A stretch of 64,000 bases of DNA from Squalus acanthias (GCA_030390025.1 CM059432.1:98086001-98150000); one strand, 5' to 3'; counted from the stretch's first letter, positions 50,693-64,000 are shown. Numbers and translations are program-made. Notes: a model not told the origin generated them from the letters alone.

Positions 50693-52072
50693 ACCCTGTC
50701 AGGATAAAGAATACCTAGAAAGGAGATGGAAGGCTGAGTGTGTATGGTGCTGCAGTCGGCTGCTTTGCCACTATTATAAGGACTCAGTTACTAACCTGGT
50801 GCCCACAGGCTGCCGCCAGCCTAAGTATCTGCCACAGCAGTATTCCTGTGCGTGTCCATGTGCTGCATTGCCTTGTCTGTATCTTGTAACTTATTTATTA
50901 TTTTAGTTATTAAAACTTACTATTTTTCACCTGCTTTCCACACCTCATTAACTGTTGCAAGTCTTTCACTATCACCTAGTGGGTTAAAACAAGTTGCCAT
51001 TTTCAACAATTTCATTCTTAATTACCGGTTTTTATTTCCGGTACGATTGTTGCATGATTTTGATTAACTTCTACCATACTGCAAAAAAAAATTCTACTTG
51101 GAGTAAATGTTGATTTCTCTTCAAAAGCCACAGCAGTGCACTCATTCCATCAGTATTCCTTGCTGAGAACTCCTTGTAGGTCATAGTAAAAGTCTACTGA
51201 ACCAACTGTTCCAACTGATGTTGCGAAGCTCATTAAGAATACAGTATTTAGCCATTTCTGCAAGCATTTTTGTATTTGCTCCCAAATTGCAAGCAAGCTT
51301 ATTTTACTGGGTTTAGGGCATGTGAAGTTTTCCTCACAGCTCTTAGAATTAATACAGTTTAATCTTCTCAATATGTAATTGTAGAAATGAAGTGTTAGGT
51401 TATTCAGGAATCCATATGAAGCTTATAGGGTCTCTGTTCACTACAATAGCATTCATTAATGCCAACCCAGAAAACTAGTAAAAATTGACCAACAGCTTCA
51501 AAAAAGATGACACAGCCACTACAAAAGCTGCCAACTCAGGCCTGAATATAGGCTTGTTTGAGTATGCCAGTTTCATGGTTCGCCAGAATTCAGGTGGAAG
51601 AATGAGAATTATTGGGGGTAATTTTGACTTTGGTCGATAGTATTAGATCAGCCCCCCATTATACATCTCTCCTGATTTTGATGAATTCATTGTTGCTGGG
51701 TCATGATGGTTTACACTCTGTTGGTTGAAGTTAAGAATCAACCTTTACTGTTAAAAAAAAATTGTTCGAGCCTCATTCTGCCGCAAGCTGAATAGAAAAT
51801 TAACTCGCCAGCTTGTTTTCCTGTCGGAAATTCACTGGCAGTGAAAATCCAGGCCCAGAGTGCACAGAAATATCAGTCAGGCCAAAAAATGTCAATAGAT
51901 GACAAAGAAATGAAGACTTTAAAGCTAGAAGCTGTTGGCTGGACTTGCATGATGCGTGTGGAAATTGTGTCTTCAAAGAATTGAAAGCAACAAGATTTTC
52001 ATTGCCCTGACTGAGACATTGCCATCTGTGTGTTCTTACATTTTAGGCTGTACCTGCTGTGTTTACCATGTT

Positions 52073-52513
52073 AGCCATGGCTCAGTGGTTGCATTCTCGC
52101 CTCTCAGTCAGAAGGTTGTGGGTTCAAGACCCACTCCAGAGACTTTAATCACAAATTCTAGGCTAACACCCAGTGCAGTACTGGGGGAATGTTGCACTGT
52201 TGGAGGTGCTGTAATTCAGATGAGACGTTAAAGCAAGACCCCATCTGCCCTCTCAGGTGGATGTAAAAGGTCCCATGGCACTATTTCGAAGAAGGGCAGG
52301 GGAGTTCTCCCTGGTGTCCTAGTGAATATCTATCACTCAACCAACTTCACTAAAACAGATTATCTAATCATTATCACATTGCTGTTTGTGGGATCTTGCT
52401 GTACGCAAATTGGCTGCCGCATTTCCTACATTACAACATTTACTATGCTTCAAAAGTACTTCATTGACTGTAAAGCGCTTTGGAACGTCCCTATATAATG
52501 CAAGTCTTTCTTT
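52073..52513 (+). mobile_element. tRNA-derived DeuSINE (SacSINE1-like), near full length
   Basis: A box TGGCTCAGTGG, B box GGTTCAAGACC, Deu-like core, L2-like tail. Confidence 0.9.
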
Positions 52514-53892
52514 AAACTATTAATGAAAGATGTCACAAAATCAATATGTAAACTGGTGTAAAATCATTGACCCAGAACTGAAGAATAAGGCAATTATTTA
52601 GAAAATCATCAACACCCAGCTTTTACATCCCCCACTACTGCACTAGGCATAAAATCTGGTGACAGAACTGAAAATGGTATTGCAATTTTCTGTATGTAAA
52701 AAATTATTTCAAATCTCTTTCTGGCTCCCAACTCCATTTGCCTGGTAGTTTTAATTTGCAATGCACTGCTGAGAAGAGTGGGCTGAGACAGTGTTAATTC
52801 ACTGACTGAGACATTGCCATCTGTGTGTTATTACTCTTTAGACTGTGCCTGCTGCGCTTACCATGAGGAAAAATAATTCAGTTCAAAGTAGCATGGGATA
52901 TGCTCCCACATTTTTTATTTAACAAACACAAAATTCGAGCTTACTCAAGCTATCTAATGCTTTTCTCTTTTGATCCTCCTTAGTAGGCTGGAAATGGCTC
53001 CTTATTTTGTTTCTGTACATAAACCAGGGAAAATTTCCTCTGTTCACTATAGCAAAATGAATAAATGTGTTTATGATTTTGGTACAAATAATGAACGGAA
53101 GAAATCTTCCCCTCATATGAGGCCACTTCTGGTAACCCAAACAAATTCCATTGCACCGATACACATGTGGAACAGAAGCACATTCAATAACCTAATTAAC
53201 ATTCATCTGATGATATAAAAAGGAATTTTCATTTCCAAGTAATATAACAATAAGAATTCCCTGGCCACTACATTTAGTAACATCATAAAAATGTTTGCAC
53301 CGATTATAGAGTGAGGTTACAATTCCGCACTCCCAGTGGGGAACCTCTCCTGCCAGGAGTGCAGACCCATTACTCCTCCCACCCCATATCTATTCGCTAT
53401 TTCTAGTGAATTTTCTAAAAGTAACTGTTTATGACTTTACTAGAAATACAGAAGAAAGGCAACCTAGTTTACAATGGAGCTAGGGCTGATTCAGCGAGCC
53501 CAGCTAAAAAGCCACTGGGACCACGGTGCGCGGCCCAAGGTGCTGGCTTCAGAGTGATTGGTTGCCCTCAGCAGATGCTGCAAGACCAGCTCATGAGTCT
53601 TCTTTAAATATGCTCCCTCTTCAGCTTGAGCCTTGTGCAGGATGTGAGATTAAAGGGCTCCTCCAGAATATCAAGGGAACCCCTTAAAGGGCTGCTGCTC
53701 ATCATTTAACATATTGACTGATGCATCATCAAATTAGCTGATACTGCAGTGCTAGGTGGGAAAGGGCCATTGGCAAAACAGTTGAAGGCAGTTGTGACCT
53801 TGCTTCATGAGTGCAAAGTCAGAAGCACTGATCACCACAGCCAATTCTTCCATCCTCCCTCTCATCAAGCGAGATTCTGAACTGGGAATGGA

Positions 53893-54586
53893 GCTGTATG
53901 GCCTACTCCTGCTCCTATTTCTTATGTTCTTATGTTGGCCTTTATTACCAGGGGGATTGGAGTACAACAGTAAGGAAGTCTTGCTACAATTGTACAGGGC
54001 TTTGGTGAGACCACACCTGGAGTACTGTGCACACTTTTGGTCTCCTTATCTAAGGAAGGATATACTTGCCTTAGAGGCGGTTCAATGAAGGTTCACTAGA
54101 CTAATCCCTGGATGAGAGGGCTGTCCTATGAGGAGAGATTGAGTAGATTAGGCCTATACTCTTTGGAATTTAGAAGAATGAGAGGAGATCTCATTGAAAC
54201 ATATAAGATTCTGAGGGGATCTGACAGGGTAGATGCTGAGTGATTGTTTCCCATGGCTGGAGAGTCCAGAACTAGAGGGCATAGTCTCAGGATATGGGGT
54301 CACCTCTTAAGACTGGGACAAGGAGGAATTTCTTCACTCAGAGAGTTGTGAATCTTTGGAAATCTCTACCCCAAAGGGCTGTGGATGCTCAGTCATTGAG
54401 TATATTCAAGGCTGTGATAGATAGATTTTTGGACTCTAGGGGAATCAAGGGATATTAGGATAGGGCAGAAAAGTGGTGTTGAGGTTGTAGATCAGCCATG
54501 ATCTTATTGAATGGTGGAGCAGGCTCGAAGGGCCGTATGGCCTACTCCTGCTCCTAAATCTTATGCTCTTATGTTCTTATGTTCTT
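53893..54586 (+). mobile_element. CR1 3' fragment preceded by a second short CR1 tail
   Basis: [24 protein letters not shown]; (TTCTTATG)n tails at ~53920-53935 and ~54560-54586. Confidence 0.9.
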
Positions 54587-55454
54587 GCAAAATTAACCTT
54601 ATATATTGCATACAATGAGCATCCCTGCTGACCTTTTGTGTATTCAGTTAAGAAAAAATAATGTTTTTATTTCGTTTTTGTGCAATTAATAAAAATAAGA
54701 TTAGTGCAAAATAAATGGCAACTTTTAATGTTCAATTGGTAAGGCTTTTATCCAATCTGAATACAGGATCCATGCAATCTTTCTTTTGGGACTGAAATAG
54801 TGCTGCAGACAGCTCTAAAAATAGTTTCATTGTGGGCCCTTCAAAATAAGAAATTGTACCTACATTAACATCATGGGAGTGCTATCTTCAGGACCAACAC
54901 AGAAATTACATTAGACAATAACATGAAACAAGAACAAGCCTTTGGGCTCATTAAGCTAAATGTTTTTGTAGATTCAGTATAATTAGCCCTATTATGGACC
55001 CGGCCCAACTTATTTACACTACTGAGAGAGATGAATAGCGACAAGCAAAATTTCCAAGAAGGAAATTTCCAGCTGACTCAAAGTGAAACCCGTGGATATC
55101 AATCTAACATTACCAGCTACATTGTAGAGTTCTGAACACTGCAATTCAAAGGTGACATTTCCATGGTCCCAGTATCACAGGATTCATCAGGTTGCACAGA
55201 ACTCAATCTTCTCTCCCTTGACTTACTTTTAGAACCTTCCAACACATTCTTAACCAAATACTTATTCAGTTCCTTGTTTAAAGAGTGAATTAGCATGGTT
55301 TCCAGGCAGGGAATAAAATAGTAATCATAAATGATTGTTTTACAACAGTTTTCTATTTGTGTGAGAGTTATAATCTTAGGTCACCAGAGTTACTTTTGAC
55401 AATCCTGCTCAGTACTTTTTCCTTGTCTGTAGCACTGAAGGATTTGTTTTAGAA

Positions 55455-57130
55455 ATGTATATACCTGATATAGTTCTCCGACTGTGCGCTGGTGGGGAGC
55501 TTAGCTGACGGGAGTGCCTATCGGAAACTTAGGTAAGTGTTGCACATGATCTTCTAATTATTTAAATTGATGGCTGGCATGGCATGCCTGAATTTCCAAT
55601 GTGAGCAGTATACTGTTACTTTGAATTTAAAATTTTCCACTGACAAGCACTGCATAGAGGTGCAGGGCTGCACCCACGCTCTCCCATGACTCCCTCCATA
55701 TGCTTATGGAGGGAGTCACAGCACACAGGGAGGTCCTCTTCCCTTCCCATAGGCGGAAGAAACCTCCCTAGGAGGTCAACACAGCCTGGTTACACATTGC
55801 AGAGGAGGGCACAAGCAGGGATGTGATCAGGAGGACCTGGGTGCAGTGCCGCAAACGTTTCAATGATCTCAGTAGATCACGAAACATTGGTACAAAGCCA
55901 TACTCAACCTCATCCTGCTGTGCCTCTCATCACATCCCCATCACTCTGCCTTCCCTACCCTAATCCTGCACATCCTTACTCACACAAACTTACCTTGCAC
56001 CTCCACCCATCCCTCTCCATCTACATTATCACATCCCCATCTCACTAGCCACCCCTCACACTCACCCTCATCCTCGTGCAATCATACCAACTAACAACAC
56101 ACAAGGGTAGGCAATTAGGTGCTTTATGCAATATTCATGTAAAGTTTCTGTTAATGTGGTGTCAAACATTGAAACCTTTATTTTCAACACTTTGCGTTCT
56201 TGGACAGATTTGTGTGCACCTTTGGAAGTGGCTTTGTGAGTTGCAGTGAATGGTGAGACATTAGGGTACCTTCCCCCCCGCCCCCGGCAATGGTCATGAG
56301 TGTGAAAGGAATGGCTTGGGCATTGTAGGGATGCTTTGTGGTGCTGGTGTGGGGTGGTGCCAACCTGGCGCATCATGTGGCAGCCAGGGTGTACAGCATC
56401 AAGTAAAGTAAATCTGGCCATGGTGAGGCCATCCCTGGCCTCCCGGGCAGCAATGTGGTCAGGTGCTGATGCCCTGTGTCCTGTGCAGCATCAGTTGATT
56501 GCGGAAAAGGTTGGTGTTGTTGTTGGTACTGCTGGTGTGCCTAGTGTTGCTTGTGTGCCTGGTGATGCTGGTGTGCCTGGTGATGCTGGTGTTGGGGCTG
56601 ATCGTGGTGGGATTCTGAGGACCAAGGTGAGAGAGTTTCAAGGGCACCCATGCTGATGGAATAGATGGCAGGTGAAGTAGAGATGACAGAAGCGATCTGT
56701 CAATGGTGGGAGAGGTAATGAGGTCAGATGGAGATTGTGTAAAGACTTGCAGCATCCTGAATCTGTAGTGGAAATGCAATTTAGAGAAGCTGGGAGCTTT
56801 GACTTGACATTTGAATCTGTCAACTCATCAGCTGATTCAATGGCCACTGACTTCCCGCCTCAGCTTCACAGGCGAGGTCTAGGCACAGCGGGAAACCAGT
56901 GGGTGAACTGTCAAATCCAAAAAGCTGGGAAAAAACATTGTTAAGTGGCTGTAAACAAGCCACTAATGATTTTAATTGCCTCCCCCGCCGCTGCGTGTCG
57001 GGTCTGCTCAGTGCTGGCAGACCCGACATTTGGTAAAGGCGCATGGCAGCGGTTTGACAGCGGGGTCCCGACCCGCTGGGGAAAATAAACACTTTCCCAC
57101 CCAACCCACCACCAATCACACCCGCTGAAA
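55455..57130 (-). mobile_element. Non-autonomous Harbinger derivative, inverted paralog of 24691-26890 without the LTR
   Basis: Near-identical translations (WCGVVPTWRIMWQPGC...; MISVDHETLVQSH...). Boundaries approximate. Confidence 0.8.
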
Positions 57131-57400
57131 TCAAATAGGGAATTCAGAAGAAATTTCTTTACCCAGTGAGTGGTGAGAATGTGGAACTCGCTACCACAGA
57201 GAGTGGTTGAAGCGAATAGTATAGATGAATTTAAGGGGAAGTTAGATAAGCATATGAGGGAGAACGGAATAGAGGGTTATGCTGATAGACTTAGATGAGG
57301 AAAGACTAGAGGAGGCTTGAGGAGAACATAAACGCCGGCATGGACTGGTTGGGCTGAATGGCCATTTTCTATGCTGTACATCCTATGTAATCCTATGTAA
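57128..57400 (+). mobile_element. CR1 3' tail fragment
   Basis: FRRNFFTQ.VVRMWNSLP and tail as in 27640-27870. Confidence 0.8.
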
Positions 57401-58682
57401 TTCCAGTTACGGTGGATGAGCAGGAGAACTCCAGTGGAAATTCACCCTCTTGCAGTAAAAACTTGGCTTTTCTTTTAAGGACCTCACGGCTCAAGCCTAC
57501 AGTATTACAGATTAGAACTCATGATCAGTCACTTCTGTACTTCTCTTGCCAATATTATTCCACAATAGTCTTTGAAAGTAGTCAAATCTTTTATAAATAT
57601 TCTTTATTATATCATTGCATTTGAGTAATGTTTTTATATTTCACAATAAAGTACAAAAGAAGAAAAGATTGCTTGAAAGTGTTTATTCACACAGAATATT
57701 TAAGTTTTACTGCCATAAAACTGTTGCTTTGTTCATGTAATGTCAATTGTTTATTGTATCATTTTGTTGTTAGCTATCTTATTTCAGAGGTGGCAAACTA
57801 TGGGTTCAGTAATTGAGCTCTTGCAGCCACGGTTCACTGTATGTAGACATTGTAGAAGAGGTGATTCGTGATTTAATCATGTAATTCATTGCAGGTGTAA
57901 TTCATTACAGATGTTCCAGTGTCTGATTTCTGTATCAATGAGCAATTTTGTGAGTACGAAAATGTACCATCAGACACTAAAATGAAAACAGAAAGTACAA
58001 TGTAAGCAATAAATCTGACACCAATTACCTAATCATTGCTAACTCTTTCATTAATCACATCAGAAAATTAGCATGTTCAGAATGGAGAATCTAATTGTTT
58101 ATTTTAATCAATATTCTGCAAAGTAACTGAAATTGCCAAATGCATTAAATTTATTACAACGACCTTTTGCATTCATCAATCCTGTCATAGCTTATCTCCA
58201 TTTCTTATCCTTTTAAATTTTAACCCAAAATGCATAATCTTTTCTACTTCTCTAATATTGCCTCTTTTGTGCTCCCTCTATTGAAGCTGCTGCCTCATAC
58301 TGGGGTACTCTGGTTGCAGCTCTCCAGTACCTCTTCCAAGTTGCCATTCATTACACAGAGAAGTGTTAAATGTATGGAATACTTTGTCATATGGTGTAGT
58401 TGAAGCAGACGCCATTGCATCATTTAAGGGAAGAGTAGTCACATATTTGAAGCAGAGAGGTAGATACAGTGCTGTGGGGAGAAAGCAAAGTAGTGGGCTA
58501 AATTTGGGATTTTGCTAGCAAAGGAGCCAGTATGGAGATGATTGTCTGAAAGGCCTCCTTCTGTATTGTAACCCTCTATGGTTCTACCTGTAAGTCTTGA
58601 CTGAGTGCTGAAAGGCTGCTTGACCACAGGACCAACATAGTTGAACCAATCCTGTCCTTATCTAATGTTCACACACAAACAC

Positions 58683-60813
58683 ACATAGAAACATAGAAAC
58701 ATAGAAGATAGGAGCAGGAGTAGGCCATTCGGCCCTTTAAGCCTGCTCCGGCATTCAATGAGATCATGGCTGATCATCCAAATTCAGTACCCTGTCCCTG
58801 CTTTCTCCCCATATCCCTTGATCCCTTTAGCCTTAAGAACTATATCTAACTCCTTCTTGAATATATTTAATGATTTGGCCTCAACTGCCTTCTGTGGTAG
58901 AGAATTCCATAGGTTCACCACTCTCTGGGTGAAGAAATTCCTCCTCATCTCAGTCCTAAATTGCTTACCCCTTATCCTTAGACTGTGACCCCTGGTTATG
59001 GACTCACCCACCATTGGGAACATCCTTCCTGCATCTAGTCTGTCTAGTCCTGTTAGAATTTTATAAGTTTCAATGAGATCCCCTCTCATTCTTCTAAACT
59101 CTAGCGAATATAAGCCTAATCGACCCAATCTCTCTTCATACGTCATCCCAGGTATCAGTCTGGTGAATCTTCGCTGCACTCTCTCAATGGCAAGAACATC
59201 CTTCCTCAGAAAAGGCGACCAAAACTGCACACAATACTCAAGGTGTGGTCTCACCAAGGCCCTGTACAACTGCAGCAAGACATCCCTGCTCCTGTACGCG
59301 AATCCTCTCTCTATGAAGGTCAACATACCATTTGCCTTCTTAACCACCTGCTGCACCTGCATGCATACCTTCAGTGACTGGTGCACAAGGACACCCAGGT
59401 CTCGTTGCACCCCCCCTTTTCCCAATCTTTTGCCGTTCAGATAATAATCTGCCTTCCTGTTTTTGCCGCCAAAGTGGATAACCTCACATTTGTCCACATT
59501 ATACTGCATCTGCCATGCATTTGCCTACTCACCCAACCTGTCCAAATCATACTGGAGTTTCTCTGCATCCTCCTCACAGCATACTCGCCCACCCAGCTTT
59601 GTGACGTCTGCAAACTTGGAGATATTACATCTAGTTCCCTCGTCTAAATCATTAATGTATATTGTGAATAGCTGGGATCCTAGCACCGATCCCTGCAATA
59701 CCCCATTAGTCACTGCCTGCCACTCGGAAAAAGACCTGTTTATTCCAACTCTTTGCTTCCTGTCTGTCAACGAGTTCTCTATCCAAGTCAGTACCTTACC
59801 CCCAATCCCATGTGCTTTAACTTTGCACAGCTAATCTCTTATGCAGGACCTTGTCGAAAGCCTTTTGAAAGTCCAAATACACCACATCCTCTGGTTCTCC
59901 CTTATCAATTCTACCAGTTACATCCTCAAAAAATTCCAGTAGATTTGTCAAGCATCATTTACCTTTTGTGAATCCATGTTGACTTTGTCCAATCCTGTCA
60001 CTGTTTTCCAAGTGCTCTGCTATTACATCTTTTATAATAGACTCTAGCATTTTCCCCACTATCGATGTCAGGCTAACCGGTCTATAATTCCCCGTTTTTT
60101 CTCTACCATCTTTTTTAAATAGTGGGGTTACACTCCAATCCATGGGAACTGTTCCAGAGTCTATAGAATTTTGGAAGATGACCAGCAATGCATCTACTAT
60201 TTCTAGGGCCACTTCCTTAAGTACCCTGGGATGTAGATTATCAGTCCCTGGGGATTTATCGGCCTTCAATCCTGTCAATTTCCCTAACACCATTTCCCTA
60301 CAAATACTGATTTTATTCAGTTCCTCCCTCTCATTAGACCCTATGATCCCCGACCTCTCTGGGAGTTTATTTGTGTCCTCCTTTGTGAAGACAGAACCAA
60401 AATATGTATGTAATTGGTCTGCCATTTCTTTGTTCCCCATTATAAATTCTCCTGATTCTGACTGCAAGGGACCTACGCTTGACTTCACTAATCTTTTTCT
60501 CTTCACATATCTATAGAAGCTTTTACAGTCAGTTTTTATTTTCCCTGCAAGCTTACTCTCATACTCTATTTCCCCCCTCTTAATTAATCCCTTTGTCCTC
60601 CTTTGCTGAATCCTAAACTGCTCCCAATCCTCAGGTTTGCTGCTTTTTCTGGCCAATTTATATGTCTGCTCCTTGGATCTTATGCTATCCCTAATTTCCC
60701 TTGTTAGCCACGGTTGAGCCACCTTACCTGTTTTATTTTTATGCCAGACAGGAATGAACAAATTCTGTAGTTCATCCATGCAATCTTTAAATGTTTGCCA
60801 TTGCCTATCCACA
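58683..60813 (-). mobile_element. CR1 LINE, 5'-truncated ORF2, disrupted
   Basis: KSPGTDNLHPRVLKE, NYRPVSLTS, QGSVLG, KFADVTKL, RPHLEYCVQFW; (TTTCTATG)n tail. Confidence 0.95.
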
Positions 60814-60822
60814 TAGCACCAT

Positions 60823-61055
60823 CTTTACCCAGAGAGTGGTTAGAATGTGGAACTTGCTACCACATGGAATAGTTAAGGTGAATAGCATAGATTCATTTAA
60901 GGGAAGCAAGATAAACACTTGAGGGAGAAAGGAACAGAAGAGTATGCCGATAAAGCTAGATGAAGCAGGATGGGATGAGGCTCATGTGGAGCATAAACAC
61001 AGGCATAGACCAGTTGGACCGAATGGCCTGTTGCTGTGCTGTACACTCGATGTAA
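60823..61055 (+). mobile_element. CR1 3' tail fragment
   Basis: Similar to 11800-12015 and 57128-57400. Confidence 0.75.
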
Positions 61056-61459
61056 TTAGTTTTATTGTCTGTACAAACACAATTCTATTTATCAAAAAAC
61101 CTTGCTTCAATACAGAAAGTTACTTTAGGTTATATCTCATGAATTATGGTTTTATCTAACAAATCAGAGTTCAAAAGGTCAGACTACTTATCTATGTATA
61201 TAATAAATTAATCTATAATATTACTATATTCGAAATAAATACATTTGATAAAGCACATTTAAAAACAAAATTCACTTTTGAAATTAATTTATGTTGGAGA
61301 AAAAAACAATCTTTCTCAGTGCAGTTTATGCAGTATGATAATCAGTTGTTAAAAAGCTGATACAAAAGCAAAATACTGCGGTTGCTGGAAATCTGAAATA
61401 AAAACACAAAATGCTGGAAATACTCAGCAGTCAGGCAGCATCTGTGGAGAGAGAAACAG

Positions 61460-61496
61460 AGTTAACGTTTCAGGTCGATGACCCTTCGTCAGAACT
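61460..61496 (-). ncRNA. Minimal type I hammerhead ribozyme motif
   Basis: Minus strand AGTT-CTGACGA-AGGGTCATCGACCT-GAAA-CGT-T-AACT. Confidence 0.7.
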
Positions 61497-61524
61497 GGCC
61501 AGTACAGCAACAGGCCATCTGGCC

Positions 61525-61561
61525 AGTTCTGACGAAGCGTCATCGACCTGAAACGTTAACT
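61525..61561 (+). ncRNA. Minimal type I hammerhead ribozyme motif
   Basis: AGTT-CTGACGA-AGCGTCATCGACCT-GAAA-CGT-T-AACT; stem I AGTT/AACT; loopless palindromic stem III ACGT. Confidence 0.7.
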
Positions 61562-64000
61562 CTGTTTCTCTCTCCACAGATGCTGCCTGCCCTGCTGAGT
61601 ATTCTCCAGCATTTTCTGTTTTTATTTATGTTAAAAAGCTGAATTGCTTTAGAATAATCATCACAAGTACTTTACATGGAATGAAAAAAATGAACATTTG
61701 GATCAATCGTGACTTTAGATCGATGATTACATTCTTAAGGTCCAAACTTCAAATGAATTAAACCTGGAGTCTTAAGACATAAGGCCATCCATGTCTGAGT
61801 AAGGAGAAAGTTTTGTTTTTACAAAATCAAGCACTCAGATGTATATTGCAACTACACTGTGAGGGACTCAAGCATATACTCATCAATACACCAGCAGGGT
61901 TAGGAGGCACAAGTCCCATAATTAATCACAGGAACTTCAATGCAAACTCATTACGAGAGCACCAGGCAGTGTAGATGCATGACTCTTAAATTAAACCACT
62001 GTAAATAACAGATGGATACTCATTACAACTCTATGGAAAATGGGCACAGGCCACTGAATCACAACTGAACAAGGAAAGGGAGATTGTGAAACTCATACTA
62101 CATTGGAGCATTTCTTGGTTTCTCGCAGAGGCCTCTGAATAAAAACAGAAGGTACCATCCATCAGTCATGCCTGGTAATTAGAAGGTTGTGTAGAAACCA
62201 TTTTAGCAAGTTGGTTCCCCTGTTACCGTGATTGAATAAAGATGCAGACACTGACATTCTTGGGGTAGCTGAGGGCGGTGTAATAGTGAACTGGCAGTAG
62301 TGGTCAGAATTTGGGGCCATACTCTTATTTCCATCATTTATGCTCTTAGAAATGCTGGACACCAACAACTTTGCCAGGACCATAGGCGGGGACTGGGGGT
62401 GCATATTTGCAAATTCAAAGGTTGATTTTGATCATGTAATCAATCACCAAAACAGGCAGAAGAAGGAAACAGAGAGCTTTATAACAATTTTTGTTACCTT
62501 AGCACAGTCCCGTGGGTCTGTTGGGGTTATGGTAAGGTGCTACAGCAAAATTGCTTCCCCCAACGAGCTCAGGTGGGTTCAACAATTGCACTGAGAATGG
62601 CATAGGTCACTGCTCTGAACATTGAAATGACCCTGGCCTTTGAATTTTGGATGGGATTAGACACATTAGCTGCTGGCAGAAGGAAGTTCTGTCCCACCTT
62701 CCTCCCACATAAGGCCTTCCCAGGAATGTCAAGATCTGTGTTCTTTAGTTGAAGTGATTTAAACACGAACTAGTAAGCAACAAATTAAGATCTACCATGC
62801 AACTGCTAACTGTCAGCATATATTTTAAGGCATTTAGAAAAGTTCCTACCATACAAACACCTATACCACCTGAATTCAGGAGGATGCCAAGCCTTACTTT
62901 CATAATGCATTTTTTTGGAAGCTTTTGAAAGCAGAGCACCACCGGACAAAAATGAATTTCTTCAGCAAAACAATTATTCCTTGCTCCCTACAGACCAATT
63001 CTGAAAACCTTGCAAACCTTCATATTTTCAAAAAAAATTTTTTTTCTCACAATCTGAAAATGTGTCTTCAATCTACAATCCTATTTTCTGGCTCCTGGCA
63101 CTGGTGATTACCATGTCCTTCAGACAGGGAAAGAGTAGGATTTGATGCCAAAGGCAAGGACGTGTGAAAATAGCAGATCAACATTTAGCACAAAAGACTT
63201 CAGAATACATTTCAAGGAAATTGTAAAATACGGAATCCCTTTTCATCATAGCTGCAACCCAATGCTTTTCCAGGGGACGTCACATGACGACTAGTAATTC
63301 TGAAAACTGCTTCAATCCTAATACAGAAGGAGTGGTTATTTAGCTCTTGCTTATAGTCTCAACCATAGCTAGGTCAGAGAGGCACATGCATTTGTTCATC
63401 ATTATATATGAAAAAAAAGAACCTGGATTTTCAAATCAGGCAAGCCATAGTGCGTTGACCCTGCATGTAATGCCGGGGTCAGTAAGTACAGTGTGGAAAT
63501 TGAATGCTGCAGTAGGCTTTAAAGGCCAACAGCATCTTAAAGGTACCGGTTGTATTTTAAGATTTAGTTAACAGGAAGATTCTGCTACTGATGTACATCT
63601 GCAAAGAGTGGAGCTGGCTACAGCACAGCCCAGCTCTGTGATGGATCTGTAGCGATTCTGAAAGGAAGTGAAGCAGAGAAGTCAGCTCTCTTTGGCACTG
63701 ACTTCACCATGGCAGCAGCTCGGGAGGCAAAGGCAGGAGGTGGACAATGCCACTGTCTCCTCCGCAAACCATGCACAATGAAATGGTGCAAGGAAAAGTT
63801 CAAATACCATACCAGGTTAATCAAGGTAGAAGAACCCACCATGAGCTTCCATTAAGGCGATATACTAAGATAAAATGGCATACATGGTATTTACAATTAT
63901 TTTCCCCTCTGTAGAATTCGCAAAATTATTGCGATTTTATAAAAATAAGAAGGAGACATAAAGTTTCGTATAAACAGCTTTATTTCAGCAGAATGCTGTC

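Larger units (their letters stand above)
61361..61628. mobile_element. Penelope-derived fold-back insertion (inverted terminal-repeat pair)
   Basis: Arms ~61396-61502 and 61519-61627; 14-bp TSD TGTTAAAAAGCTGA (61347-61360, 61629-61642); hammerhead motif in each arm. Confidence 0.85.

Noticed and set aside
52073..52140. tRNA gene
   Set aside because: It is the tRNA-derived head of a SINE
62140..63850. Short ORFs in unique-looking sequence
   Set aside because: No frame gave a recognisable protein or consistent exon boundaries

Overview
Repeat-dense vertebrate DNA, most likely a shark or other cartilaginous fish (inferred from DeuSINE/SacSINE1-like SINEs, CR1 and L2 LINEs and Penelope terminal repeats). 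I could not support any host protein-coding exon, so the window looks intergenic or deep-intronic. The dominant signal is a cluster of PIF/Harbinger DNA transposons. Two are full length with terminal inverted repeats (TIRs) and 3-bp target-site duplications (TSDs): 12257-16517 and 43085-47278. Each has an intronless DDE transposase convergent with a 3-exon Myb/SANT-like gene. At least three more decayed copies, three internal-deletion derivatives and several MITEs are also present. Notable points: (i) both full-length transposases are broken by a TGA at the same aligned codon; (ii) the Myb-like proteins share a C-terminal RGRP (AT-hook-like) plus LRRS[ST]R/basic module; (iii) the convergent genes have crossed poly(A) signals; (iv) CRE plus TATA-like motifs recur inside element ends; (v) Penelope-derived insertions carry minimal hammerhead ribozyme motifs, including a fold-back with a 14-bp TSD; (vi) a solo LTR can be bounded exactly using an empty-site paralog in the same window. 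None of this proves a new biological system; these are testable leads within known transposon classes. All alignments were done by eye.
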